Part shown: positions 1 through 8,882 of the stretch, piece by piece
How the letters are laid out: each line of letters starts with the position of its first letter
Position numbering within the stretch: the stretch's first letter is position 1
Source: an uncultured Phycisphaerales bacterium
Lineage (GTDB): Bacteria; Planctomycetota; Phycisphaerae; Tepidisphaerales; Tepidisphaeraceae
DNA: 64,000 nt
Assembly: GCA_963755915.1 (NCBI GenBank)
Contig: CAVWLP010000002.1
Span: 2,208,001 to 2,272,000 of the forward strand
Direction of reading: 5' to 3'
The notes under the pieces: generated by a model
What the model saw: the letters and a program-made list of their open reading frames with translations, nothing else
The model's database searches: none
What the model was told of the DNA's origin: nothing
Made by a program: the position numbers and the translations under genes

Positions 1-426
1 GTCGAATACGTCCCGTTTGTGTGATGGAGCAACGGGTACAAGATCATTTGGAATTCCGGCATTGGCAGTGGATTGCTGGACCGGCCTAACAGCGATGTTC
101 CATGAATCAAAGACCCCGCACTGATAGAGCGCGAAAAAAGTCGCAGCGATCAATATCGGAATGAGTGTGGCCAAGACAATGACCTTGTATCTCACGATCC
201 ATCGCCAGACTGCTCCAATCACGCCCCACGTAACAATCAGAAACACAGCGGATGCGATAAACGCGAGTGCCACGTAAGCATTGAGCAGACTGGCAACATC
301 CATATAGACATATCGTGTCGGCATGTCCCAACGTAGATAGTACGGCGGGGGATATAGAGCGATGAAACCTGCAATCGCGAATGTCGCGAGGATGATGGAC
401 TTTTGAGTGGCGGTGAGCTTGTGCAT
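1..426 (-). CDS. Hypothetical membrane protein, 3' end runs off the window (absent from the ORF track)
   Basis: ATG at 426, 142 open codons to position 1: MHKLTATQKSIILATFAIAGFIALYPP...VALAFIASAVFLIVTWGVIGAVW...VIVLATLIPILIAATFFALYQ, about 3 hydrophobic segments. Confidence 0.6.
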   Translation of the reverse strand, partial: MHKLTATQKSIILATFAIAGFIALYPPPYYLRWDMPTRYVYMDVASLLNAYVALAFIASAVFLIVTWGVIGAVWRWIVRYKVIVLATLIPILIAATFFALYQCGVFDSWNIAVRPVQQSTANAGIPNDLVPVAPSHKRDVFD

Positions 427-913
427 AGTGACTACGATTTGGGGAACGCTCGATCCAGTCCTTTGCGAGCGTTGGCCAGAATACCGCATATTTTGCACAG
501 ACGCCTTTGGGTTCCCTTGCCCGACCTCCGATGTTCCGGTTTGATCTTTTGCCCCTCCCGACAATCAGTTCGATTGTGATACACGTTGTGGTGCAGCGGC
601 TCAGGTAAGATCGTGCGATATTCGCCCACGGTGCTCCCCCCTTTCAGCGGATGCCCCTTGCATCGTCCATCCGGGGTAAGCTCTTGAACGGAATGCTAGA
701 TATGTAGGCACTCTGTACCCACACGGTCATGCCCCGGACTCCGCCCGGCCCGGCGTCGGTTTTATGGGCCAGTGCGATGGGGATGACGAATGGATCGTGG
801 GAATGAATATTGCGGGTCATAGGGGGTGGGTGGTTTAATCATTGAGACTTGACGCGGCGTGACGATCCCCTCCTGCCTCCCTTCGCCCGGCCAAGTCCAT
901 ACGTGTCACCCCC

Positions 914-975
914 TGCTGACACTGCTGACGCTGACAATATCCCTTTTCCAGTCAACTGCGGGGGGATTTGTCAGC
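914..975. repeat. Iteron-like GCTGAC cluster 1
   Basis: GCTGAC at 915, 924, 930 and inverted GTCAGC at 970; 15-bp exact matches to 4502-4516 and 4545-4559. Confidence 0.7.
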
Positions 976-1036
976 ACTGTTTTTCAGATAGTGCCATTTG
1001 GCGCAACCTGTACTCGATTTGTGGAGTATATTCTGA

Positions 1037-1666
1037 GTGCGGGGACGCTGTTTCCGCTTCATGGAGTTGCCGAAGATGCAGGATATTCCGAACAGTTACG
1101 AAGCCACCATCGTCCGCCTGGCACAGACGCGGCTTTCTGATCCGAAGCGAGTGATTGCCCCGCCCATGCCTGTAGATCGAGCAATGGTAATGGCGGGGAT
1201 GTTAGAAGTGGCGGGGATAGATTCAACCCCTGTCTTAACTCTGCGGCGTAAACCGATCACGAATGAAATGTGGGAGCGTGTTGAGGATGCCACGTTGCGA
1301 GCGGTGGCGAAGGGGCAAGCGTTGGTTGCCACACTCGCCGCGCCCGACACAGGGAAAATGCGGCGGGCGAAGTCCACAGTGAGAAAGGCCAATGGTTCGG
1401 GATTGACAGACGCCGAATGGGTTGGCCGTATTGGACCGCTGCTCTATCAAAATCCAAATATGCCGGTAAGGGAAATGGCATCGGCAATTCAGTGCGACCG
1501 CACCACCCTCTACAGGAAACTGCGGGCGATTCCGGTCTTGCAGAAAATGAGGCGCGCCATTTGTGAGCACGGAAATGATGTGGACGCCAATGAAGCCGCG
1601 AATACGGCACGACGGCAAAAGAGCAGTCGGATCGCCAGCCAGCGGAAGCAGAATGACGATTCGTAG
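1037..1666 (+). CDS. HTH DNA-binding protein, putative element regulator (start uncertain)
   Basis: C-terminal HTH-like segment MPVREMASAIQCDRTTLYRKL. Confidence 0.6.
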   Translation: MRGRCFRFMELPKMQDIPNSYEATIVRLAQTRLSDPKRVIAPPMPVDRAMVMAGMLEVAGIDSTPVLTLRRKPITNEMWERVEDATLRAVAKGQALVATLAAPDTGKMRRAKSTVRKANGSGLTDAEWVGRIGPLLYQNPNMPVREMASAIQCDRTTLYRKLRAIPVLQKMRRAICEHGNDVDANEAANTARRQKSSRIASQRKQNDDS

Positions 1667-1667
1667 C

Positions 1668-1755
1668 CCCAACCACAAACCCAACCACATCTGAATTTCA
1701 AATTAGCCCCGGTTTCTCCGGGGTTTTTCATTTCGTCAACCACGCCTTCAACCAC
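1668..1755 (+). promoter_or_regulatory. Two pairs of CAACCAC direct repeats, putative operators
   Basis: CAACCAC at 1670/1682 and 1737/1749, 12-bp spacing within each pair. Confidence 0.55.
1707..1728 (+). terminator. Rho-independent terminator-like hairpin
   Basis: CCCCGG-TTTCT-CCGGGG followed by TTTTT downstream of the HTH gene. Confidence 0.6.
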
Positions 1756-1813
1756 AAATCCAGTGGGGGTGTGGGCCGTATCTAACTTGGCCATTTACTT
1801 TGGAGGGTCCGTC

Positions 1814-2044
1814 ATGACGTTCTTATCTACTCGACAAGTGGCTCGCCTGCTTGGTATCGAAATACACAAGCTGACGAATGCGTTGTGGACGGGCAAAGTA
1901 GTGCCGCCCCCCAAAAGCCCCAGCGGTTCATTTCTCTGGACGGCCCATGACACGCAAAGGGCATCCTGGGCATTACGGCATAGGTCTGCGGATTTCGAAT
2001 TGGGGGAAAGCGGTGCATTTGAACCGGAGGTTAAACATGAGTGA
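1814..2044 (+). CDS. Small HTH (excisionase/MerR-like) protein
   Basis: GGAGG at 1802; MTFLSTRQVARLLGIE...W pattern. Confidence 0.7.
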   Translation: MTFLSTRQVARLLGIEIHKLTNALWTGKVVPPPKSPSGSFLWTAHDTQRASWALRHRSADFELGESGAFEPEVKHE

Positions 2045-2255
2045 TTCAACCGTTACGACGCCAGTGTTTGTGGACGCTGGGACAGCCGCGAAAATGCTGT
2101 CCATTTCAAAGCGGTCACTGTGGCGTATGGTCAGCGTCGGTCAGCTTCAACGAATTCGCTTCGGTCCAAAGATGATTCGGTTTCGTGTAGATGACCTGAA
2201 CAGGTTGGGTTCAATCAACGCCGAGCAATCCAATCAGCTTTGTGCAAAGCAGTAG
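2037..2255 (+). CDS. AlpA/excisionase-family HTH protein
   Basis: GGAGG RBS; VDAGTAAKMLSISKRSLWRMV...IRFRVDDL; overlaps the upstream stop. Confidence 0.8.
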   Translation: MSDSTVTTPVFVDAGTAAKMLSISKRSLWRMVSVGQLQRIRFGPKMIRFRVDDLNRLGSINAEQSNQLCAKQ

Positions 2256-2267
2256 GAGAATGGGGTC

Positions 2268-4541
2268 ATGAGTACCGAACAATTAACGCCCGAAAAGATA
2301 GCCTATTTGAATGCAAGGTATCTTCATAAACGTAACGCTCCGATAATCCCCCCATTGCCGCCCCCGCCCCGTCGCCACCAATCATCGAATGTCGATGTTG
2401 TCTCTCATTTTGCGGGAGCCGTTAAGCGTGGCGAAAATGCGTGGCAGTGTCGATGCCCGGCCCACGACGATAACAAAGCCAGCCTTACCATCACTCAGAC
2501 CCCGGATAGGTGGTTGCTTCACTGTCACGCGGGATGCACGACCGAAGAAGTTTGCGATGCGGCTGGATTGAAGATGGCAGATTTGTTCTCTCGCCGCTGC
2601 ATCGTTGCGACTTACGATTACCGCAACGAATCGGGCACACTGCTCTATCAGGCCGTCCGTTTTGTCCCCAAAGATTTCCGGCAACGCCGGCCTGACGGGA
2701 AGGGCGGATGGCTTTACAATATGGATGGCGTGCGGCGTGTTCTCTATCGCTTGCCGGAATTGCTTGCCGCTGACTCATTGCTACCTGTATTCATTGTTGA
2801 AGGGGAACGCGATGCCGATCGCCTGCATTCTCTCAGTCTCACCGCAACATGCAACGTCGGCGGGGCTGGGAAATGGCGTAACGAATACAATGCCCCGTTC
2901 AAAGATCGGCGTGTCGTAATTATCGCGGACAGGGATGAGCCGGGTCGAAAACACGCAAAGCAAGTCGCGGCGTCATTGTCGGGGATCGCCGCTGAAATCA
3001 GAATCCTTGAATGCCCTGGCGACGGCGTGAAAGACGCCAGCGATTATTTTGACGCTGGTGGGACACGCGAATCACTGTTGGCGGAGATTGAGAGTCACCC
3101 GGCAACAATCAAGCTATCTGTACTTAAAGCCGTTGACGCATGGCATCGTTTTCCCACGGAATGGCTGCCCGATCCAGTCGCGCCGTTCATCCGTGAAACG
3201 GCAGCGGCTTTGGGGTGTGACGAAGCCTATATCGCGTTGCCATTATTGAGCGCCATCGCCTCCGCTGTTGGCAATACAAGGTGCATTCACTTGAAGGCAA
3301 AGTGGTACGAGTCAAGTGTGTTGTGGGCCGTGATAATTGCTGATTCTGGCACGCTTAAATCCCCGGCCATCGCGGCGGCCCTCGAATTCAGTTGGAAACG
3401 GCAGACACAGTTGCTTGAGAATTTCCGCAAAGAATACAACGCGTATGAGGCGGAGCTTGAGAGATGGAAAAACACGCCAAAGGCCGACCGAGTGGGCGAG
3501 CAACCTAAACCCCCCTCGCATTGCCAGCATGTGGTTTGCTCCGATATCACAATCGAAGCATTAGCAGATCGTTTGGACAAGACCCGTCGCGGCGTGCTGG
3601 TAGCAATAGATGAATTGTCCGGCTGGTTTGGTTCTTTCGGTCAGTACAAGGCGAGCCGTGGCAGTGATGTTCAACACTATCTCACCATGCACCGTGCCGG
3701 AAATTTGAAGGTCGATAGGAAACAAGGCGACCAGACAACCATTTACGTCCAGCGTGCGGCAGTGTGTCTCACCGGGACCATCCAACCTAAAATCCTCGCC
3801 CGCTGTTTAACACCTGAATTCTACGCGAACGGTTTAGCTGCCCGTCTTTTATTGGCGATGCCCCCACGGCAGGTAAAGCGGTGGACCGAAAATGAAATCA
3901 GCCCCGACACGCAACAGGCAATGGAGGCATTGTTCGATTCGCTCTTTGGGTTTCAGTTGGACGCGACACCATCGGTGCTAACCCTGACAAATGAGGCCAA
4001 GGGCGCGTGGATCGAATTCTATAACCAACATGCGCAGGAGGAAAACAAGTTGGCGGGGACTGAGCTTGGGGCTGCATGGAGCAAGCTGGAAGGCTATGCC
4101 GCCCGCCTGGCGATTGCGATTCACTCAATCCGCGAAGCAACAGGATCATTGGGGGCGTTCGCTAACACCGTCGATGAATACAGCATCGCCGCTGGCGTTG
4201 CACTTGCCCGATGGTTCGGCCATGAGACGGAACGTGTTTATACGCTCCTGCATGAATCGCCTGCCGAGCATTTGGCACGTGAGCTTGTCGATTGGATTCA
4301 ATCCGTGGGCGGGCGTGTCACTGCCCGCGAGCTTCAACGCCACAGTCGCAAATACCCAGACAGCCAATCGGCTGAAGCGGCATTGGATCAACTGGTCAAG
4401 ACCGGGTTGGGGAAGTGGGAGTTTTCCGTACCAGATGGACCGGGGGCCGGACGGCCTTCGGCGGCCTTTGTTCTGTCACCGCCTGGCACTTTACCATCCG
4501 TTGACGCTGACAATATTCACGATTCCCCAGGAAAAACGTAA
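2268..4541 (+). CDS. Fused primase-helicase: Zn-binding domain + TOPRIM + DUF3987/YfjI-like P-loop domain
   Basis: CRCPAHDD...LHCHAGC; VFIVEGERDAD and IIADRDEPG (TOPRIM); DSGTLKSP (Walker A-like) and LVAIDELSG (Walker B). Confidence 0.85.
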   Translation: MSTEQLTPEKIAYLNARYLHKRNAPIIPPLPPPPRRHQSSNVDVVSHFAGAVKRGENAWQCRCPAHDDNKASLTITQTPDRWLLHCHAGCTTEEVCDAAGLKMADLFSRRCIVATYDYRNESGTLLYQAVRFVPKDFRQRRPDGKGGWLYNMDGVRRVLYRLPELLAADSLLPVFIVEGERDADRLHSLSLTATCNVGGAGKWRNEYNAPFKDRRVVIIADRDEPGRKHAKQVAASLSGIAAEIRILECPGDGVKDASDYFDAGGTRESLLAEIESHPATIKLSVLKAVDAWHRFPTEWLPDPVAPFIRETAAALGCDEAYIALPLLSAIASAVGNTRCIHLKAKWYESSVLWAVIIADSGTLKSPAIAAALEFSWKRQTQLLENFRKEYNAYEAELERWKNTPKADRVGEQPKPPSHCQHVVCSDITIEALADRLDKTRRGVLVAIDELSGWFGSFGQYKASRGSDVQHYLTMHRAGNLKVDRKQGDQTTIYVQRAAVCLTGTIQPKILARCLTPEFYANGLAARLLLAMPPRQVKRWTENEISPDTQQAMEALFDSLFGFQLDATPSVLTLTNEAKGAWIEFYNQHAQEENKLAGTELGAAWSKLEGYAARLAIAIHSIREATGSLGAFANTVDEYSIAAGVALARWFGHETERVYTLLHESPAEHLARELVDWIQSVGGRVTARELQRHSRKYPDSQSAEAALDQLVKTGLGKWEFSVPDGPGAGRPSAAFVLSPPGTLPSVDADNIHDSPGKT

Positions 4542-4559
4542 TTGTGTCAGCGTCAGCAG
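4502..4559. repeat. Iteron-like GCTGAC cluster 2, putative replication origin at the primase 3' end
   Basis: TGACGCTGACAATAT (4502-4516) facing inverted TGTCAGCGTCAGCAG (4545-4559). Confidence 0.7.
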
Positions 4560-4728
4560 GGGACAAAGGCATATTGAGCGGACCGAAGTATGGTCGGAAA
4601 AGATCGTCAAGTTAGATCGTCAAGGCAGTTGACCTTATGCCCGTAAATCGAGCGTGTGTTCGATTCGGGATTGAATGAAACCACAGGAGAGACCGCCACA
4701 GGAGTTTTTATAAAAGGCAGGTTCTCCA

Positions 4729-5085
4729 ATGAGCGATAGCGTAGATCGGAATATTTGTGGCAACGTGTACGTCGAAATCTCATCCATCGAGGCCGATGGA
4801 GTGCAGGTGGAGGTTGCGACCCGCGATGGAAAATCGCCGTTCACAATCCAGCCAACGGACGCGGATGGTGTTGCTGGCGAGATTGTCGAGGCACAAAGTT
4901 TCACCGTCTTAATCGACGGCACGAATAACGTGACTGATTTGGCTGATGCCCTGCATTGGCTGGCGGATCGCGTGAAGCAACTGCAAACGGTTTGCCTAGC
5001 CATCCACGAATGCCCGGCAGGCACGTTGGCATTAGTCAGGGACATTGAACGGAAAATCTGTAACGAGGATGGTTCGCAAGTTTGA
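4729..5085 (+). CDS. Hypothetical protein of the element
   Basis: 118-aa ORF co-oriented with the element operon. Confidence 0.55.
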   Translation: MSDSVDRNICGNVYVEISSIEADGVQVEVATRDGKSPFTIQPTDADGVAGEIVEAQSFTVLIDGTNNVTDLADALHWLADRVKQLQTVCLAIHECPAGTLALVRDIERKICNEDGSQV

Positions 5086-5106
5086 ATCGTAACCGGAGAA
5101 AATGGC

Positions 5107-5379
5107 ATGAATGAATATCCAGACGAAAATGTGCTCCCCAATTTCATAAGAGCGAGTAAGCTGCCAAGGATTCTGGCAGAGTGGGCAGGGCTGAAAGTGA
5201 CAAGGCAGTCGGTGTGGAATTGGATGACCACCGGACGAAACGGCCACGTGCTACTCGCTACAAAACGTGTTGATCCCGGTAGACCCTCCGCAGAGATTTA
5301 CGTCGTGCGAAGGGATGACTTGTGCCAATTCCTGCGCGATGCGTTAGGTGTTCCAGTTGTAATAATCCGAAACGTATGA
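5107..5379 (+). CDS. HTH/excisionase-like protein
   Basis: VTRQSVWNWMTTG...VRRDDLCQFL; directly upstream of the integrase. Confidence 0.65.
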   Translation: MNEYPDENVLPNFIRASKLPRILAEWAGLKVTRQSVWNWMTTGRNGHVLLATKRVDPGRPSAEIYVVRRDDLCQFLRDALGVPVVIIRNV

Positions 5380-5420
5380 TGCAATTGCGTGGTATATTGA
5401 TCGCAACGGGAGTAGATGCA

Positions 5421-6749
5421 ATGGCACACGTTTTTAAGATCGCGGGTCGTAATGGAAAGAAACTCGCCCACTGGTACGGCAAGGTTGCTGTTTCAGCAGA
5501 CAAGAGAATCCGCGTCAAGCTGTTCACCGATAAGACGGCCAGTGAACGCCGATTGATGGCGCTACAACAAGAGGCGGACCAGCGGGCATCCGGTGTGCGT
5601 ACCGTGGCGATGGATTACGCCCTGTTATCTGTTCAGCAGCACAGTAAGGATTACATGGCATCACTTATGCTTGAAAAGCGGGACGCTGATACGCTTCGCA
5701 TCGCTCAATGGACGATGGACAGACTTTTGGAGTGGGGCAAGTGGCAACGGATCGGCGATATCACTGCGGATAGCATGAGAAGCATTCTGACCACGCTGGA
5801 TCGACGGGGATTAACGCCAAGTTACCAGAATAAATTCATCATGCGAGTCAAGGCGTTTGTCCATTGGTTACAACGTGAGGGAAGAATCACCGCGAATCCG
5901 CTGGCCAATCTGAAACGAGTTGATGAACGCAATGGAAAGCGGACGCGGGCGAGGAGAGCATTGACCGATCCTGAATCATCCGCTTTGCTTTTGAATACCA
6001 CGGAAGATCGGCGAGAGAAATACGCATGGGCCCTGCTGGCCGGACTTCGGCGGTCTGAGTTGAAAGAGTTGCGGTGGGGCGATCTTCGCTTGAATGCTCC
6101 CCGGCCATTCATCCAATTGCGACCAGAACAAACTAAAAACGGCAAAGCCGACGCATTGCCCATCCATCCGTATTTGCTCAAGCTGATTCAACAGCGAACG
6201 CCCGGAATGCCTGATACCTGCGTCGTTTCAACCGTGCCGGATATGAAAACGATGGTGAAGGATTTGAACCGAGCCGGCGTAGTGTTAGCCGATGCAAAGG
6301 GACGGCGGGCGGATTTCCACGCCTTGCGTCACACGTATTGCACTAATTTGGATCGCACGGGATGCAGCTACACCACCAAACGAGCGTTGATGCGGCACTC
6401 TGACAGTGGAGTCACCGAAGGTTATTCACACGCCCGGCTTGATGAGCTATACGCCGCAATTGAACGTCTACCGTCGCCTGGCAACGATGAGCGAAGCACC
6501 GCGATCCGCACTGGAACAGATGATAAAGCGTTGGACCACCTGTTGGACCAAAACATGGTCATTTCTGGTCCAACGGGGGCACCAACTGGCACAGAATCGC
6601 AGACAAACCATGACACTTGCCCCGATGAGGATAGGAGATATAATCCGAGTGCTGACACTGATTTGCACTCATTGGCACTAGCTGGCGTTGGGGGTTCCGA
6701 TGAGGGTATTTCGAGTGTCGATTTAGGGCCGAGTACCCAAGCGGACTAA
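5421..6749 (+). CDS. int: Tyrosine recombinase/integrase
   Basis: AGLRRSEL (R), QTKNG (K), FHALRHT (HxxR), LMRHS, EGYSH (Y); GGAG RBS; stop codon lies inside tRNA-Cys. Confidence 0.92.
   Translation: MAHVFKIAGRNGKKLAHWYGKVAVSADKRIRVKLFTDKTASERRLMALQQEADQRASGVRTVAMDYALLSVQQHSKDYMASLMLEKRDADTLRIAQWTMDRLLEWGKWQRIGDITADSMRSILTTLDRRGLTPSYQNKFIMRVKAFVHWLQREGRITANPLANLKRVDERNGKRTRARRALTDPESSALLLNTTEDRREKYAWALLAGLRRSELKELRWGDLRLNAPRPFIQLRPEQTKNGKADALPIHPYLLKLIQQRTPGMPDTCVVSTVPDMKTMVKDLNRAGVVLADAKGRRADFHALRHTYCTNLDRTGCSYTTKRALMRHSDSGVTEGYSHARLDELYAAIERLPSPGNDERSTAIRTGTDDKALDHLLDQNMVISGPTGAPTGTESQTNHDTCPDEDRRYNPSADTDLHSLALAGVGGSDEGISSVDLGPSTQAD
6530..6574. repeat. Putative integrase arm-type sites
   Basis: GTTGGACCA at 6530 and 6542, inverted TGGTCCAAC at 6566. 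Confidence 0.55.
6617..6644 (+). promoter_or_regulatory. Sigma70-like promoter upstream of tRNA-Cys, inside the integrase tail
   Basis: TTGCCC-N16-TATAAT, about 80 nt before the tRNA. Confidence 0.5.
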
Positions 6750-6800
6750 GGGGACGGATTGCAAATCCGTTATTCGTCGGTTCGAATCCGACCTCGGCCT
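6727..6800 (+). tRNA. tRNA-Cys (GCA)
   Basis: Acceptor stem GGCCGAG/CTCGGCC, anticodon arm ACGGA-TTGCAAA-TCCGT, TTCGAAT T-loop, U discriminator, CCA not encoded. Confidence 0.95.
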
Positions 6801-6844
6801 TTCTCTTAATTCCCGCGGATCTCTCAATCCAGGCCCTCATTTCC

Positions 6845-7528
6845 GTGTCAAACCCTCCTCCCATCATCGTCGCCCATCGCGGCTTGCACGGAGTGCTTCC
6901 CGAAAATTCGCTGGCGGCCATGACCGCGGCGTGGGACGCGGGGATTCTCTGGTGCGAGTGCGATGTGCAGATCAGCTCGGATGGGGTGCCGATTGTAATC
7001 CACGATGAGACGCTGGATCGCACGACCACGGGCAGCGGATGGGTCGCGGATTTTGCGCTGGAGCGACTTGGCGGTCTGCGGCTGCGCGACCGGGACGGAA
7101 ATCCAACCTCCCACAAGCTTCCAATATTGGAGGAACTGCTCGCGCTTGCCGGTCCTGCGCGGCGATTGCTGGTCGAGACCAAGCAGCCGATGGGGGAAAG
7201 GATTCACGAGATTGCGCGGCTGGTTTATCGTAAGAATGGGATGCTGCATTCGTTTCACCGGGAGGACATGCTTTGCGCCAGCCGGGCGACGGAGGGGAAG
7301 TGTCCGATCGCGCTGCTGGCGGACGATTTTGATGAGCTGCCGGGGGATTTTCCGGGGGCGATCCATATCAGGCATGAATCGTTTAAGCCGCAGGACGTTC
7401 ACAAGAGTGTCGGCGTCTGGACGGTGAACGAGCTGGGGCATATCGAGCGGCTGCTGGGGTCGAATATCACCATGCTGATTACCGATCACCCGCTGGAAGC
7501 GATGCGGATTGTCAGTTCCCGGGCGTAG
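6845..7528 (+). CDS. Glycerophosphodiester phosphodiesterase family protein
   Basis: IVAHRG...PENS...ECDV...IHD...DRTT; VWTVN...ITDHP. Confidence 0.9.
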   Translation: MSNPPPIIVAHRGLHGVLPENSLAAMTAAWDAGILWCECDVQISSDGVPIVIHDETLDRTTTGSGWVADFALERLGGLRLRDRDGNPTSHKLPILEELLALAGPARRLLVETKQPMGERIHEIARLVYRKNGMLHSFHREDMLCASRATEGKCPIALLADDFDELPGDFPGAIHIRHESFKPQDVHKSVGVWTVNELGHIERLLGSNITMLITDHPLEAMRIVSSRA

Positions 7529-7586
7529 AGACCAATGCTTGCCCTCCCGCGCCATTTTGCCGATAAAGCCTTCGGAAGTGCGCTCA

Positions 7587-8780
7587 ATGACGGCAATCCA
7601 GGACCAGCCTGAAACATCCCACGGCCCCCTGTCACGCGAAGGCGATGAGGTGAACCATTCGCGCCTGGGCCACATCCCCGCCCTCGACGGCGTCCGCGGC
7701 GTGGCGATCCTGCTCGTGCTCATCAACCACTTCTCGCCAGAGAAGGATTACGGGAACATACTCGCGAAGATCTTTCAGCCGATCACCGGCAACATGGTCG
7801 TTGGGGTCGATCTGTTTTTCGTGTTGTCGGGGTTTCTGATCACGGGAATATTGCTTCGGTCTCGGTCGTCGGAGCATTATTTTCGGAATTTCTATTCGCG
7901 CCGGGCGCTGCGGATTTTTCCGCTTTATTATTTCGTGCTGATTTTGCTGTTGATCGGATTGCACACGATTCCGTCGTGGGAGAAGCTGACGACGCTTCGG
8001 GATGCTTGGCCGTGGTATTGGTTTTACGGAACGAATTACCTGATCTGCCGGACGGGGTTTACGTTTCTGGATCATGCCCAGGTTTCGCTGGGGCATTTCT
8101 GGTCGCTGGCGGTGGAGGAGCATTTTTATCTTTTCTGGCCGCTGATGGTCTGGCTGCTGTCGGATCGGGGGCTGGTGCGGCTGTGCGTTGCGCTGATCGT
8201 GATCGCGCCGATCTGCCGGGCGTATGCGGTGGTTTCGGGGGAGAATCCGCTGGTGCCGTACGTGGCGACGCAGTGCCGGATGGATTGCCTGGCGCTGGGG
8301 GCGCTGCTGGCGGTGCTGATTCAGCGGCGGTCGGCGCGGGAGCTTCTGGGAAGGTTTAAGTGGGTTGGATTGTTTTCGACGGCGGCGGCGATCGTTTGTT
8401 TTGCGCTGGATGGACGGGTCGTCGGGTCGATTCATTTCGGTAAGCCGATCGCGGTGATCAGCTATACGTTCATCGCCTTCGCGTGGGCGGCGTTTTTGCT
8501 GCTCTCGCTGCAAACTGCCGGGGTTGCCAATCGTGTTCTTTCACAGAGGTGGTTGCGGTTTTTCGGGGTTTACAGCTATGGGATGTATATCTATCACCGG
8601 CTCATTCTCAACACGCTGACGACCTGGTTCTCGATGCGAAGGATGGCGTGGCATGGGCATATCTGGACGGCCGTCATTCCGCATTATGTGCTGTGCCTGG
8701 CGGCGACGTCGCTGATCGCGTTTGCGAGCTATCACCTGTTTGAGAAGCACTTTTTGAAGCTGAAGCGGTTTTTTGGTTGA
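7587..8780 (+). CDS. Acyltransferase family 3 (OafA-like) membrane protein
   Basis: LDGVRGVA, GVDLFFVLSGFLIT, RRALRIFPLY, HFWSLAVEEHFY, SYHLFEK. Confidence 0.9.
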   Translation: MTAIQDQPETSHGPLSREGDEVNHSRLGHIPALDGVRGVAILLVLINHFSPEKDYGNILAKIFQPITGNMVVGVDLFFVLSGFLITGILLRSRSSEHYFRNFYSRRALRIFPLYYFVLILLLIGLHTIPSWEKLTTLRDAWPWYWFYGTNYLICRTGFTFLDHAQVSLGHFWSLAVEEHFYLFWPLMVWLLSDRGLVRLCVALIVIAPICRAYAVVSGENPLVPYVATQCRMDCLALGALLAVLIQRRSARELLGRFKWVGLFSTAAAIVCFALDGRVVGSIHFGKPIAVISYTFIAFAWAAFLLLSLQTAGVANRVLSQRWLRFFGVYSYGMYIYHRLILNTLTTWFSMRRMAWHGHIWTAVIPHYVLCLAATSLIAFASYHLFEKHFLKLKRFFG

Positions 8781-8809
8781 GGGCTGGTGCGACTCGCGCG
8801 GAGCAGAAA

Positions 8810-8862
8810 GCGCACCCCTGTATAAGCAGTCGCTTCGCTTGGGGGGGGTGCGGCTAAACGGG
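8810..8862. repeat. Short dispersed intergenic repeat (second copy at 25308-25359)
   Basis: Shared core CGCTWCGCTTGGGGGG..GCGGCTAAACGG; both copies lie between convergent genes. Confidence 0.55.
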
Positions 8863-8882
8863 GGCGACGGTGTCTGGCGACT

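Larger units (their letters stand above)
1..6749. mobile_element. Right part of an integrative, phage-satellite-like element abutting tRNA-Cys; left end lies outside the window
   Basis: HTH genes, primase-helicase, xis-like gene and tyrosine integrase next to a tRNA; visibly lower GC and no G-skew compared with the host flank. Confidence 0.85.

Noticed and set aside
430-850. Small ORFs or ncRNA between the cargo ORF and iteron cluster 1
   Set aside because: Only short ORFs without motifs and no convincing conserved structure
4635-5231. 198-aa minus-strand ORF in the element
   Set aside because: Overlaps two + strand ORFs that fit the operon; no recognisable motif
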